NCBI GenBank assembly: GCA_950097015.1
Contig: CATNEN010000038.1
Coordinates: 15,128,001 to 15,192,000, forward strand
Direction of reading: 5' to 3'
Length of the DNA stretch: 64,000 bases
From: Macrostomum hystrix
Lineage: Eukaryota; Animalia; Platyhelminthes
The stretch's first letter is position 1, and every line of letters begins with the position of its first letter. The translations under genes were made by a program, and so were the position numbers. Shown piece by piece: positions 12,662-24,104 of this stretch. The notes below the pieces were generated by a model that saw only the letters and a program-made list of their open reading frames with translations, did not search any database and had not been told where the DNA came from.

Positions 12662-15600
12662 GTTAGTTAGTTAGTTAGACGATCCTGGCCGGGCAGGTCC
12701 GGGGGTCGGGTCAGCGACCCTATCGCCTGGAGACAGGACAGGACACGGGGGCCGTCGTCGGAGAGGATGGCCAGCGTCGGGTTAGGGCCGAGGACGCGGT
12801 TGTGGGTCTGGGCGTGGGCTGGGCATTCCAGCATCACATGCTTCAGGTCCTCCTCCTGGTGTCCGCAGTGCCCGCAGGACGCGAGCTGTTCTTGGTAAAT
12901 CCGGTGGCGGCACTGGGCCAGCAGAGTCGAGTGGCCCGTGCGAAGTTGCGCTAGCGTGATCAGCTCGCGTCTGCTGAGAGTCGCCTCGGATCTGCGGTGG
13001 TCGCGGAAGGCAGCGCGGTGCGTCCGGCAGGATCCGGGGGGGCGTGTCTGCGCCCCTACCGTGTGGAGGAATTCGAGCGCACGGGGGCCGTCCGTCGAGA
13101 GGACCGGGAGGTCGCGGTCAGGAGGTCGCAGCGGATGTTGACCCGGCTGGTGTCGGACCATGGCGGCGGAGGGAGGTTCTCCTGCTCCCGGGGGAGGGGG
13201 GCCAGGCCGGCGGCGGCGCTCAGGTGCTGCGCCGAGTCGCGCCAGTTCCTGCGGAAGGCCCCAGGATCCCCATGAGCGCGCAAGCGGGGCGTAGAGGTCT
13301 TGCCCGCTGCAGCGCGGAGCGGAGTCGGTTGACGGTGACGGAGGGCTCGCTCGAACAGGGCTGCGCCTTCCGCCTCCGCTCTGGTCGCCAGGGGCACGAG
13401 GTCGGCCTCGGCCATGAGGGCGCCAATGGCGGTCGAGCGGCAGCAGCCAGTGATGACGCGAGCGGCCGATCGATGCGCAATCTCGACTTCGTCCCGGCAG
13501 GAGTCGGACGCGAAGGTGAGCCACGTGGAGGCGCCGTGGAGCGCGGCCGCCTCCGCGTAGGTGCGGTAGAGCTGGGCGAGGCGCTGGCCGTCCTGGCCCC
13601 AGTCGCGGCCCTCGAGGCAGCGGAGGACGCCGGTGCGCTGCTGGAGGGCGCGGCGCTGGAGCTTGGCGTGGTGGCGGAAGGTCAGCTGGGAGTCGAGGTG
13701 CACTCCCAGGAGCCTCGGGTGCAGCTCGAACGGGGCTGGCGTGTCGCCGAGGAGGATGCGCGGCTGAACCTTTCCGTTGACCTCCCGGGGGTCGAGCGAG
13801 AAGAACGCGACGACCGACTTGGTGCGGCTCAGGTCCACCTTCCAGGTTTGGGACCAGCGCACGAGTCAGTCGGCCGCCGGTTGCAGGGCCCGCTCACACT
13901 CCCGAGGAGTGGTCCCTTGCGCGCCGAAGGTGCTGTCGTCGGCGTACGCCAGCGTGAGGCAATTCTTGGGGGCGCCGTCCAAGAGGTCGTCCATGTAGAT
14001 CACCCACAGGATCGGGGCGAGGACCGACCCCTGCGGCAGCCCCTCGGAGAACACGGTTTGCTTGCAGGCCGCACCAACCCACCGCACGAAGGCCCTCCTG
14101 TCGGAGAGAAATCTCTTGAGCCACCGGATGAGGCACGTGGGGATCCCCTTCCGACCGAGCTTAACGATGAGGGCCGCTTTCCAGACGCGGTCGTAGGCTC
14201 TGGAGAAGTCTGCAAGCAGCGGAGCGGTGCGGGCTGCCGGCTTCTTGGCCTGGAATCCGTCAAAGATGTACTGAGCCGCCGCGGCGATGTGCTCCTCCGT
14301 GGAGCGGCCCTGACGGAAACCGGCTTGCGACGGGTGGAGGGCGTTGCTTGCCTCGAGGATGTAGGACAGCCGCTCGTTCACCATCTTCTCGGCGAGCTTG
14401 CCCAGGCAGCTGAGGAGGCTGATAGGGCGGAAGCTGGATGTCAGGCCGGCTGGCTTGTCCGACTTGGGGATCGGGCGGATCTCCGCAAGGCGCCACGGGG
14501 CGGGCACCTCCCCCGTCCTCCACGAGAGGTTCAGGAGGTCCAGGAGGCAGCGGAGCCCCAGGTCGGACAGATGCTTCAGCATGATGTTCGCGACCCCGTC
14601 CGGTCCCGGGGCCGAGCGGTCCGGCAGGCGCCCCAAGGCGCGGCGGAGGGCGTCGGGCTGGAAGTCGGAGCAGGGGCCGCTGCGGAGGCCTTGACAGCTG
14701 CAGGGGGCGCGGAGCGTGTGACGGGCTTCTTGGATAACCGGCCGGTCTTCCGCCTTGTTCTTGGGGAGCCTGCTGACGGCGGCGTACTCCCGGCAGAAAA
14801 GCGCGGCCTTCTGTTGGTCGGAGACGGCCGATGCCCCCGTGGAGCCCTGGATGGCAGCCGACGAGGGTGTCCCCTGGGACCGGCCGTCGAGGGCCCGGAT
14901 GATCCGCCAGAGGTCGGCGGAACACAGGTCGTGCCCCGGGTCGGTGATGAAATCGCGCCACAGCGACTCCTTGGCGCGGAAGATGGCGTGAGCAGCCGCG
15001 GCGGCAGCAGCCTGGTACGCGGCCGAGAGCGCCGGGTCGTCCGGGCACCACCAGGCGATCGGGGCGCGCCGGCAGCCTCTCGGGATGGCCGCCTTGGCGG
15101 CGCTGGTGACGGCGGACGCGAACCTGCTGGCGGCGGCGGGCACCGTGCGTGGGGGGCGCTTCGGCCAGCTGGCCAGGGCCTGGTCGAGGGACCGCTGGAA
15201 CAGGTCCCAGTCCGCCTTGTGGTAGGCGTACCGCGTCAGGCGCTTGGTGCTGGAGCGGGCCGGGCCGGAGGCTGCGAGGTCGATGATGATCGGCAGGTGG
15301 TCTGAGCCGATGTGCTCCCCGGTTCGCCACTCGATCCGGTCTTGCCAGGAGGCGTGGGCGAAGGAGACGTCAGGGGAGCTCGGCAGGCCGCGGGGGCTGA
15401 TCCTAGTTGGGGAGCCGTCGTTCAGAGCGACCAGGTCGTAGGTCGTCGACCAGTCTTCGAGGGCCCTGCCCAGCTCGTCGTCGTCCGCCGAGGCGTCCCA
15501 CATCCCGTGGTGGGCGTTGAAGTCGCCCAGCACCAACGAGTCCCGTGAAACGGGGATCCAGTCGGGCTCGAAGTCGTCCGTGCGACCATCTGCGGCGCGG

Positions 15601-16674
15601 ACCGGCGGGAGGTAGATGTTGATCACATCCAGGGGGCGCGGTAGCCGGGGGTCGTGGATACGGAGGCCCGAGGCTTCGGCTGACGTGGCGTGGGTGACGA
15701 GCTCGCCTAGTGGAAGGTCGGCGAATTGAATACCCTCCTTGACAAGGAAGCAGACGCCCCCGTGGTGGGTTCTGGCTGCCTCCCCGTCGCGGCCGATGTT
15801 GCGGTCCTTCCGGCCAGCATCTGCCACCCTTTGAAGCGTGGGGCCGCTGTGTTGCCGGACAGGTTCGTCTCCTGGATGCAGGCGACGTCGGCGCCCTGCA
15901 TCTCCAGGAAGTGGAGCAGTTCCAGCTTGCGGGAGCGGAGCCCTGCCGCGTTGAGCTGGACGATACGGAAAACCGCCCCGCTGTTGTTCGGCGCCCCCGC
16001 CCGCGCTGGTTTCGCCATCAGGGGGGGGCGGGGGTGCCGGTGCGGGGTTCGGGGGAGGTGGAGTCGTAGCCGTTGGCGTCTGGTGGGTGCCCGTGGGGCC
16101 AGCAGCCGCGGAGGGGGCCGGAGTCGTGGCGGGCTGCGGCGCTGAGGCGGCAAGCTGGGGGGCACAGGCGGGGCAGTGCCACGGCGCTTTGTCCCGGTGG
16201 AGCCGGTTGATGGCCGCGATAGCGAGGCGGGAACAGCGGCGATGCCACCACAGGCCGCAGCCTGTGGTGGCATCAGGTGGAGTAGCCGGTGGAGTAGCCC
16301 CTGGCTACCTCCTCGGCACAGCCTCCGCACAGGGAGGCCGGCCCAGGGTTGGACTCGACGTCACCAGCTCTGAGAAGCAGCTGAGTCAGGTGAGCTAGGA
16401 GGCCTGGCTCAGCGTGGAAAAACCCGGGGCGCTCGAAGACCCTCGCACGGGTCCGGGGTGGTGGCTGCACTTGGCCGGGCGAACCCGGACGGTCCCGCCG
16501 CGTGAAGGCGGCAGCCATGGGGAGCGCGCGAGCGCGCTCCGGGAGGCCGACCCTCCCGACCTCTTTTGCGAGGTTGTCCGCCAGATCGTTGCGCCTCAGG
16601 TCACAGTGTCCTGGGACCCATTGGATAGTCACGTGGTGGTCCGCGGGGACTTTGAGGAGGAGGCGCTCCCCACC
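12662..16674 (-). mobile_element. Decayed non-LTR retrotransposon composite (I-group, Ingi-like): RNase H fragment, 2A, APE, RT, CCHC, (CTAA)n tail
   Basis: APE motifs QLNAAGL, CIQET, GDFNAH, SDHLPI; RT motifs QAGFR, DFSRAYD, GLPQGSVLAP, YADD; LAQLRTGH and CGHC...HVMLEC zinc motif; RNase H QWVPGH...NDLADNLAK at 16520-16670; frameshift near 15815 and in-frame TGA at 13866; tail ctaactaactaac at about 12662-12678. Confidence 0.92.
16339..16401 (-). other. 2A-like ribosome stop-go peptide (LLAHLTQLLLRAGDVESNPGP)
   Basis: Exact GDVExNPGP consensus with an upstream Leu-rich helix, N-terminal to the APE domain. Confidence 0.9.
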
Positions 16675-17242
16675 AAAATAAAAAAAATAAATTAGAGTTG
16701 ATTCTTCATCAAAGAATCGTGCACTGAAATCAGTGTCGTTAATTTTCAAGTAAAATAGAAAATCTACATTGCGTTTAAAATTCAAAGCAGCGTATTTAAA
16801 CAAAACTCCGCAATTAAATTGTTTCCTTGTTTTTAAAGAATGACTTTAAAAAAAGGTGTTTCAAGAAATGAATGCGCAAATTCAGCTAACTCGTAATAAA
16901 AGTGTTAATTTATGACTCATTATATAATTAACTAGAAGGGATGACAAAAAAGAGGAACGATAATTTAGTTTTCCGATACGCAAACACACTGTGTTATCAG
17001 AAAGAAACACACTGATAGTAAAATATATACTTTACCATTTGAAACCCAATTCAATTTAAGTAGCGCATCATGCTGTTCAACCTGAGTTTAATCACCTCGA
17101 TTTCATCAACCATCAAGCAACTGGTGTCTCAAAGAATTAATTAGTAGTACAATCTGAGCAGAGAAACAGTACTGAGAAGTATTTTAGTGCCGCAAAATAA
17201 CATAAAATGGAGTACAGAAGGTCATTTGATTGTTTTGCTAGT

Positions 17243-18719
17243 TCACTGCAGTCCGACATAGTGCCAAATAGGAGGCGCATTCACCATCAGCCTCTCATAG
17301 TCGGACATGAAAATCTTCAGCCTATTGTAATAATAATCCTCATTGTAGGGAAGATTGTTGGCCAGCAGGAAGCTGCGCACCGTTGGCTTGACGCGGAGAC
17401 ACATTGAGTCCGATAGGCGAGGGAATAGGTGGTGCTCAACGTGGCAGCTAATTAGCGAGTGACCGAACGCCAGGTCCAGCAACGGATTCGAGTGCAGGTT
17501 CAGCACACCCGAGGCCATCTGGAACAGTCTGGCAGGTCGGCTACTCTGCGACCACATTGGCAGGCCGATGTGCTGGAAGATGTTGATGTGAATGTAGGAG
17601 AAGCTGAATACGGAGCGGCACAGCATGAGGGTGATGAGGCCGCCAAGCGGTGTGTAGCCGCACCAGCGAACCAGAATCGACACGAAGGTGTAAATTCCGA
17701 GTCCTCCGGAAGCCAGGAAGAACAGCAGTTTCAGCGGCTTCTTCACTAGCAGAGAGGCGCCAACTAGCGGTGTGGCAATCGGCATCAGCACCGGAGCCAG
17801 GAACAGGTAAACTGGGCCGGGTAGCATCGGCATGCGCCAGGTGGACGAGTCGCCTAAGCCGATAATGTTCGTGTGCGGATGATGCTCGCGAATGTGAATG
17901 TCGTAGCCTGCTTCGGTTGGGAATAGGCCGACAAAGTCGCCGCTGAACCAGGCCAAGAAGCGATTGTACCAGACGGAGTCGCCCATCGCTCCGTGCGCCG
18001 ACAGGTGAATGATCTTTGCGGTGAGGATGGAGTGGCCAAGGCCGATTAGAAATGCTCCGACTAGAAGGCGGCCGGAGTCGCTGCTAGCCAGCAGTGCCAT
18101 GCCCGCCGCGTAGAACACGCAGCCCAGATAAAAATGAACATTGTCCCAGCCGTATTTTTCAAACCAGCTGGCCCTACAAATTATGTTGGTATAATTCTGG
18201 TTATGGCTTTGTAGCCATAATGGTTCGTGCACTTATAGCGGACGGTATGGGATTGTACGGGATGGTACGGGACTTTAGTGGCTTGTAGGTCTAATGGTTG
18301 CTATGGGAGTCGAATGGTTACTATGGGAGTCGAATGGTTTCTACGGGACTCTAATACTTGCTATGGGAGTTCAATGGTTGCTATTTTACTCTAATGGTTG
18401 CTACGGGAGTTTAGTTGTTGCTATGGGAGTCCAATGGTTGCTATGGGAGTCCAATGGTTGCTATGGGAGTCTAATTGGTTGCCATGTAACTCAAATAGTT
18501 GCTACGTTACTCAAATCGAATGGTTTCTACGTGACTATAGATTAGGTTACTACAGGATTGTAATAATAATCGCGGATACAAATATTCCACTGCATTATAC
18601 ACAACTCACTTCTTAGTAATCTGATCAACCTTCTCTTTGAGCTCTTTGAAGGCTGGCAGGTCGCGGACTTTAACAACAAACTCCTCTGTGCTCATCTGGC
18701 GCTCCTCAACTTGGGCCAT
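17243..18719 (-). CDS. FADS6: Fatty acid desaturase 6-like membrane desaturase
   Basis: Exons 18610-18719 (MAQVEERQ...) and 17243-18173; His boxes HLSAH, HIREHH, HVEHHLFP; NIFQHIGLPM; no cytochrome b5 domain. Confidence 0.88.
18290..18500. repeat. Degenerate 20-bp intronic repeat (atggttgctatgggagtcca)
   Basis: Tandem copies in the FADS6 intron. Confidence 0.8.
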
Positions 18720-19829
18720 GTTGTGCGGAACTCGTCTAGTGTCTTATTCACCTTTAAATTGATTGTTAAAAATGAAAACGACAAGATAGACAACGATGGT
18801 AACACGAAATGTGCGTTTGTCTAATAGATCTAATAGATCAGTACATGCGTGTCAATCATTTAGACTCACCTTTAGCGAATAGTCTAGAAAGCAAATAAGA
18901 AGCAAGAAGCAGTCTCTTGATCAAAGTCTGCTCTGATTTTAAACTCTTTCGTGCCTCAAAAAGTGTACATCAAAAGCTTGCCAAATCTCGCCAAGCTAAA
19001 CTGTACTAGCTACTATTTGCAGTTATTAACTCGTCTAACAATGGACTTCGACCTCATGCGCTCTCAATCCTCACTGGAAATAATTTATATATCAAATCTG
19101 ACGCCTTTGCTGAGCTAGAGCAATGGGCTTCGATAAAGAATTTAGCTGAATTTGTAGCATTGCAGCACAGAATAAGTTATTTTAAGAATTATAGTGACGA
19201 AAATTACCTGAAAATCTACACAGGGCAGTCGGGTTTCTATTAAAAGTTCATTTAGTTAGCCGAAAACACCAATTACCTGTCTGGGATAAAAAAAGTAACT
19301 TTTACTTAGTTTTATATAAAAATTCAGATCCTCGACATTGCTCAAACTAATGAAACGTGCTTAAGTACGAGCCCGTATTACAAAAAAAATAGAACGTTTC
19401 TATTTCATTCGCGACTCCGTTTCTTTAGCTTTCTGTTTCGCGTGGAACGTGCAGTCATGAAATGTACATTAGGGGTTAGAGATTTTTTGTTATACCAGGA
19501 CAGAGGTTTGGGCACGGATAGGATAGAGGGACAGAGGAGGGGGAGAAACTGTGCGTGCGTACAAGCTTTGGGAAGAGGAATGACCTTGAAAGAGGCGAAG
19601 GGTGTGGCGTGACCAGTAGGCAGAAGCTGCGGCATACAAAAATATTAGTGTGCACTTAAGAAAATAAATATTTCCCTGCCTCTTAGCCTGGTTGAGGATT
19701 ACAATTAGGATACTATTCCGCATCATACTACTGGTGTGATTTAGTAGTTTAAGTATCAATTGATTTCAAAGAGCGGTTCTAAAATTGACCAGCCTCACTA
19801 AAGTTTAACAATACTAAAGTTTGGATATT

Positions 19830-20603
19830 AGCTCAATGACCAGACCTACCAATCTATCAAACAAGAATAGTGGCTCAATGACCAGACCTACCAGATCAAT
19901 CAAACAATTAGAATAGTAGCTTAATGACCAGACCTACCAGATCAATCAAACAATTAGAATAGTAGCTTAATGACCAGACCTACCAGATCAATCGACCAAG
20001 AATAGTAGCTTAATGACCAGACCTACCAGATCAATCAAACAATTAGAATAGTAGCCTAATGACCAGACCTACCAGATCAATCGACCAAGAATAGTAGCTT
20101 AATGACCAGACCTACCAGATCAATCGACCAAGAATATTAGCTTAATGACCAGACCTACCAGATCAATCAAACAATTAGAATAGTAGCTTAATGACCAGAC
20201 CTACCAGATCAATCAAACAATTAGAATAGTAGCTTAATGACCAGACCTACCAGATCAATCGACCAAGAATAGTAGCTTAATGACCAGACCTACCAGATCA
20301 ATCGACCAAGAATAGTAGCTTAATGACCAGACCTACCAGATCAATCGACCAAGAATAGTAGCTTAATGACCAGACCTACCAGATCAATCAAACAATTAGA
20401 ATAGTTGCTTAATGACCAGACCTACCAGATCTCTCAAACAAGAAAAGTAGCTCAATGACCAGACCTACCAGATCTATCAAACAAGAATATTAGCTTAATG
20501 ACCAGACCTACCAGATCAATCAAACAATTAGAACATTAGCTTAATGACCAGACCTACCAGATCTATCAAACAAGAATAGTAGCTTAATGACCAGACCTAC
20601 CAA
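19830..20603. repeat. 43/46-bp minisatellite (aatgaccagacctaccagatcaatcgaccaagaatagtagctt)
   Basis: Two interspersed length variants. Confidence 0.95.
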
Positions 20604-21019
20604 ACAAGTCATCAAGTGCACTACTCAAATGACCAAAATGACTTTTTGCTGCAACTTCAATCGTTTCACTAACCCAGCAATGAACTGTCTCCTTTTAACT
20701 CAAAGCCACAAGGGCAGGCTTTTGCCGAGTAGTGTTTCTATTTTTAGAACATGACAACTAAAAGTGCATTCACAGGCAGTGTACATTAGATTGCACAAGT
20801 CGTTAGCAACTACCCTCGGGAGTGTGGACAGAAACTAAATTCCAGAATAAATATATTGCAGCTAGCTTATGAAATACTATTGTCCATTTCTGATCTTATA
20901 TAAAGAATGATTACTTCATCGCAGGTTATTAGTTGGCAGGACCTTGTCCTGGTTTCTACTGTACAGATAACGCTATTATTATTTTATCTATTGGCGCTAG
21001 CAATCTAATTAAAATACTC

Positions 21020-21769
21020 ATGAAGCTAAAACGAGCTCAACGAAGAGAGCCATCGCCTGAAAATGTGTAAGTCTTAGCTAACAACTTTCACTTTCATATT
21101 GTCACTCTCAGATTGTCACTATCAGATTGTCACTCTCAGATTGTCACTCTCGGATTGTCACTCTTATATTGTCACTCCCAGATTGAAACTTTCACATTGT
21201 CACTCTGAGATTGTCATTTTCAGATTGTCACTCTCAGATTGTCACTCTCAGATTGTCACTCTCAGATTGTCACTCTTAGATTGTCACTCTCAGATTGTCA
21301 CTCTTATATTGTCACTCCCAGATTGAAACTTTCACATTGTCACTCTGAGATTGCCATAATTTCTCCCAAAATAAAAACTCCTAAAACCGCCAGTCATCCC
21401 AGTCAGCTGCCGGTGCGCGAGGCCCTGTCCCTGGCCAGCCGAACTGAATGCATTGACGTGGTCCTCGACTTGACCAGACACTCCAGCCCGGAGGTTCGTC
21501 AACGTGCCCTGCGTGAAATGTGCCCCTGTCGGGTGAAATCCAATCTGGCCGCATTTTGGCAGCGAGTCCTGGAGATGAAGGACGACCCGGAGGCTTGCGT
21601 CAGGCAGCAGGTGGCTCATACTCTGTGCGACGGCGCGCCCAATCACATGGAACACGAGGTTGTCTCCGTGCTGAAGGAGTTCAACGCTGATCCGGATCCA
21701 ACTGTTCGACGCATGGTCCACAAGGCTCTGGTGTCCTACGACAGGACTGGTCGGTGGAATGTGCTGTGA
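21020..21769 (+). CDS. Small HEAT-repeat-like protein with CPC and LCDG motifs
   Basis: Exons 21020-21066 (MKLKRAQRREPSPENV) and 21403-21769; three HEAT-like units (HSSPEVRQRAL, DDPEACVRQQVA, DPDPTVRRMV). Confidence 0.75.
21100..21355. repeat. 14-bp intronic minisatellite (attgtcactctcag)
   Basis: Tandem copies fill most of the intron. Confidence 0.9.
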
Positions 21770-22417
21770 GGAGCTGCCGGCTGACGATTTTCCGAGCGAT
21801 ATTTTTTGTTTAAATAGATTCGATTTTCCGGTGTTTTTCGATTTATTTTCGTTGTTACGTTAGATTTTTAGGGATTAGAGTTTCTGAGTTTATTAGGATG
21901 AACCAGCTCAGTAAAGAAACTTAAAGGATTTTAGATTTTAGATTTTCTTCTGTGATTTGGTTTCGCCTTTGGTTATTTCGTCGCTTCAAGTTTATTGGCT
22001 TTTTGTATAATCAACACCCTCGGCTTTAAAAAATATTATTTATCCAAGTTATCAATTTAGTATAGTGGACTAGCACACTAAGCCCCCTTGGGGGGCACTA
22101 CTGTTCAGACAAAATATCTTGTGTAATGCAGAAGGACAAAACTCACCTGAAAGCAAACAAAAACGAAAACTCATTTCGTTAATAATAATTTCCCTGATTG
22201 CGAACATACGTGATTGCGATTCAACGAGAATTTGAATTCTCACTAAATACAAAAAAGTCAGTCTGAGCTTGGATACATTCTGAGACATCCAGTCTGTACA
22301 CCAAGAGCCCCATTGGAGCAAAATTACACAAGTAACTTACGTTTGATACAATTCAGCTTAATGCTACTGAGGTACATGTGAATTCTATCCCCTCAGCAGT
22401 AAAAAACCAGTGTCTCC

Positions 22418-23305
22418 CCAGCTGCAGAGAACTAATTCCCCCCCCCAGCAGCAAAGAACTAATTCCCCCCCAGCAGCAGAGAACTAATTCCCCCCTAATT
22501 CCCCCCAGCCGCAGAGAACTAATTCCCCCCCCCAGCAGCAGAGAACTAATTCCCCCCCACCAGCAGAGAACTAATCCCCCCCAGCAGCAGAGAACTAATG
22601 TCCCCCCAGCCGCAGAGAACTAATTCCCCCCCCCCAGCAGCAGAGAACTAATTCCCCCCCACCAGCAGAGAACTAATCCCCCCCAGCAGCAGAGAACTAA
22701 TGTCCCCCCAGCAGCAGAGAACTAATGTCCCCCCAGCAGCAGAGAACTAATGCCCCCCAGCAGCAGAGAACTAATGTACCCCCAGCTGCAGAGAACTAAT
22801 TCCCCCCCAGCAGCAAAGAACTAATTCCCCATAATTCCCCCCAGCCGCAGAGAACTAATTTCCCCCCAGCAGCAGAGAACTAATTCCGCCCCAGCAGCAG
22901 AGAACTATTTCCCCCCCAGCAGCAGAGAACTAATGTCTCCCCAGCAGCAGAGAACTAATGTCTCCCCAGCAGCAGAGAACTAATGTCCCCCCAGCAGCAG
23001 AGAACTAATGTCCCCCCAGCAGCAGAGAACTAATGTCCCCCCAGCAGCAGAGAACTAATGTCCCCCCAGCAGCAGAGAACTAATGTCCCCCCAGCAGCAG
23101 AGAACTAATGTCCCCCCAGCAGCAGAGAACTAATGTCCCCCCAGCAGCAGAGAACTAATGTCCCCCCAGCAGCAGAGAACTAATGTCCCCCCAGCAGCAG
23201 AGAACTAATGTCCCCCCAGCAGCAGAGAACTAATGTCCCCCCAGCAGCAGAGAACTAATGTCCCCCCAGCAGCAGAGAACTAATGTCCCCCCAGCAGCAA
23301 AGAAC
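22418..23305. repeat. 25-bp minisatellite (tccccccagcagcagagaactaatg)
   Basis: Tandem copies, homogenised toward the 3' end. Confidence 0.95.
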
Positions 23306-24104
23306 CATTATTAACCGTTCAACAAATTTAAAAACTTTTAAACGCATTTAGAATAGTGGTAATTATTGGAAAAATTTAGAAAGCTGTTAAGCACATTAAA
23401 AGAACATTATTTATCCAAGTCGCTTTTCCTTTCAGTAGAATCAATGTAGTACGAGTATTATAAATTATCCCCTAATATTTTACGTTATCCCCTCCGCGTC
23501 CTTGCTACTATTTAAAGTAACGATTATTGTTCATGTAAAAATTAAAACATAAATGTAGAAGAAACTATCTATTATAAGAGCTTGGCCAGGCGTTTCGACA
23601 GCAAAGTAGATATTCTTCCTTTACAATGAGTCAATGAATCCGCAGTTAAAATGCATTGAGTGTCGGATTTAAAATTACTGGAAATGGCTGGCTAGAAATT
23701 TGAACTGTGACAGCACTGTAATAATGGTTTTGTATTTAAAGGGTACAAATTCATAGACAAAGCAATCGACCTTTGGCACTGGCTGTCAGGCTGGCTGGCA
23801 CTTATCTTTCCATTTTCTTGGCTCTAATAAAATACAATATTTACTTAAACTTTTCTGTCACAAATTTGGATTCTGTTTTATACTGTGATAAGAAATCAAC
23901 ACGCACACACACACAACTTGGACATACGGGTCATGTGCCTCCAGTAGCATTGTGCTGACTTCGCTATCATAACAGAACAAATTTTGCACAACACAATTTG
24001 ACAGCAATATTTAAACAGATTAGCCAAGTGCCTCGGAGCCGTTTTTTCTTCGCTTTCCAAACTCGTCAGCCAATATTAAAAAAAACTTGAGTTAGAGGAA
24101 AAAT

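Noticed and set aside
13044-15305. 753-aa plus-strand ORF
   Set aside because: Antisense shadow of the GC-rich LINE ORF; no recognisable domain
19830-20603. CRISPR-like appearance of the regular 30-46 bp arrays (also 48580-49490, 57283-58801)
   Set aside because: Units are head-to-tail with no unique spacers, there are no cas genes, and the context is eukaryotic
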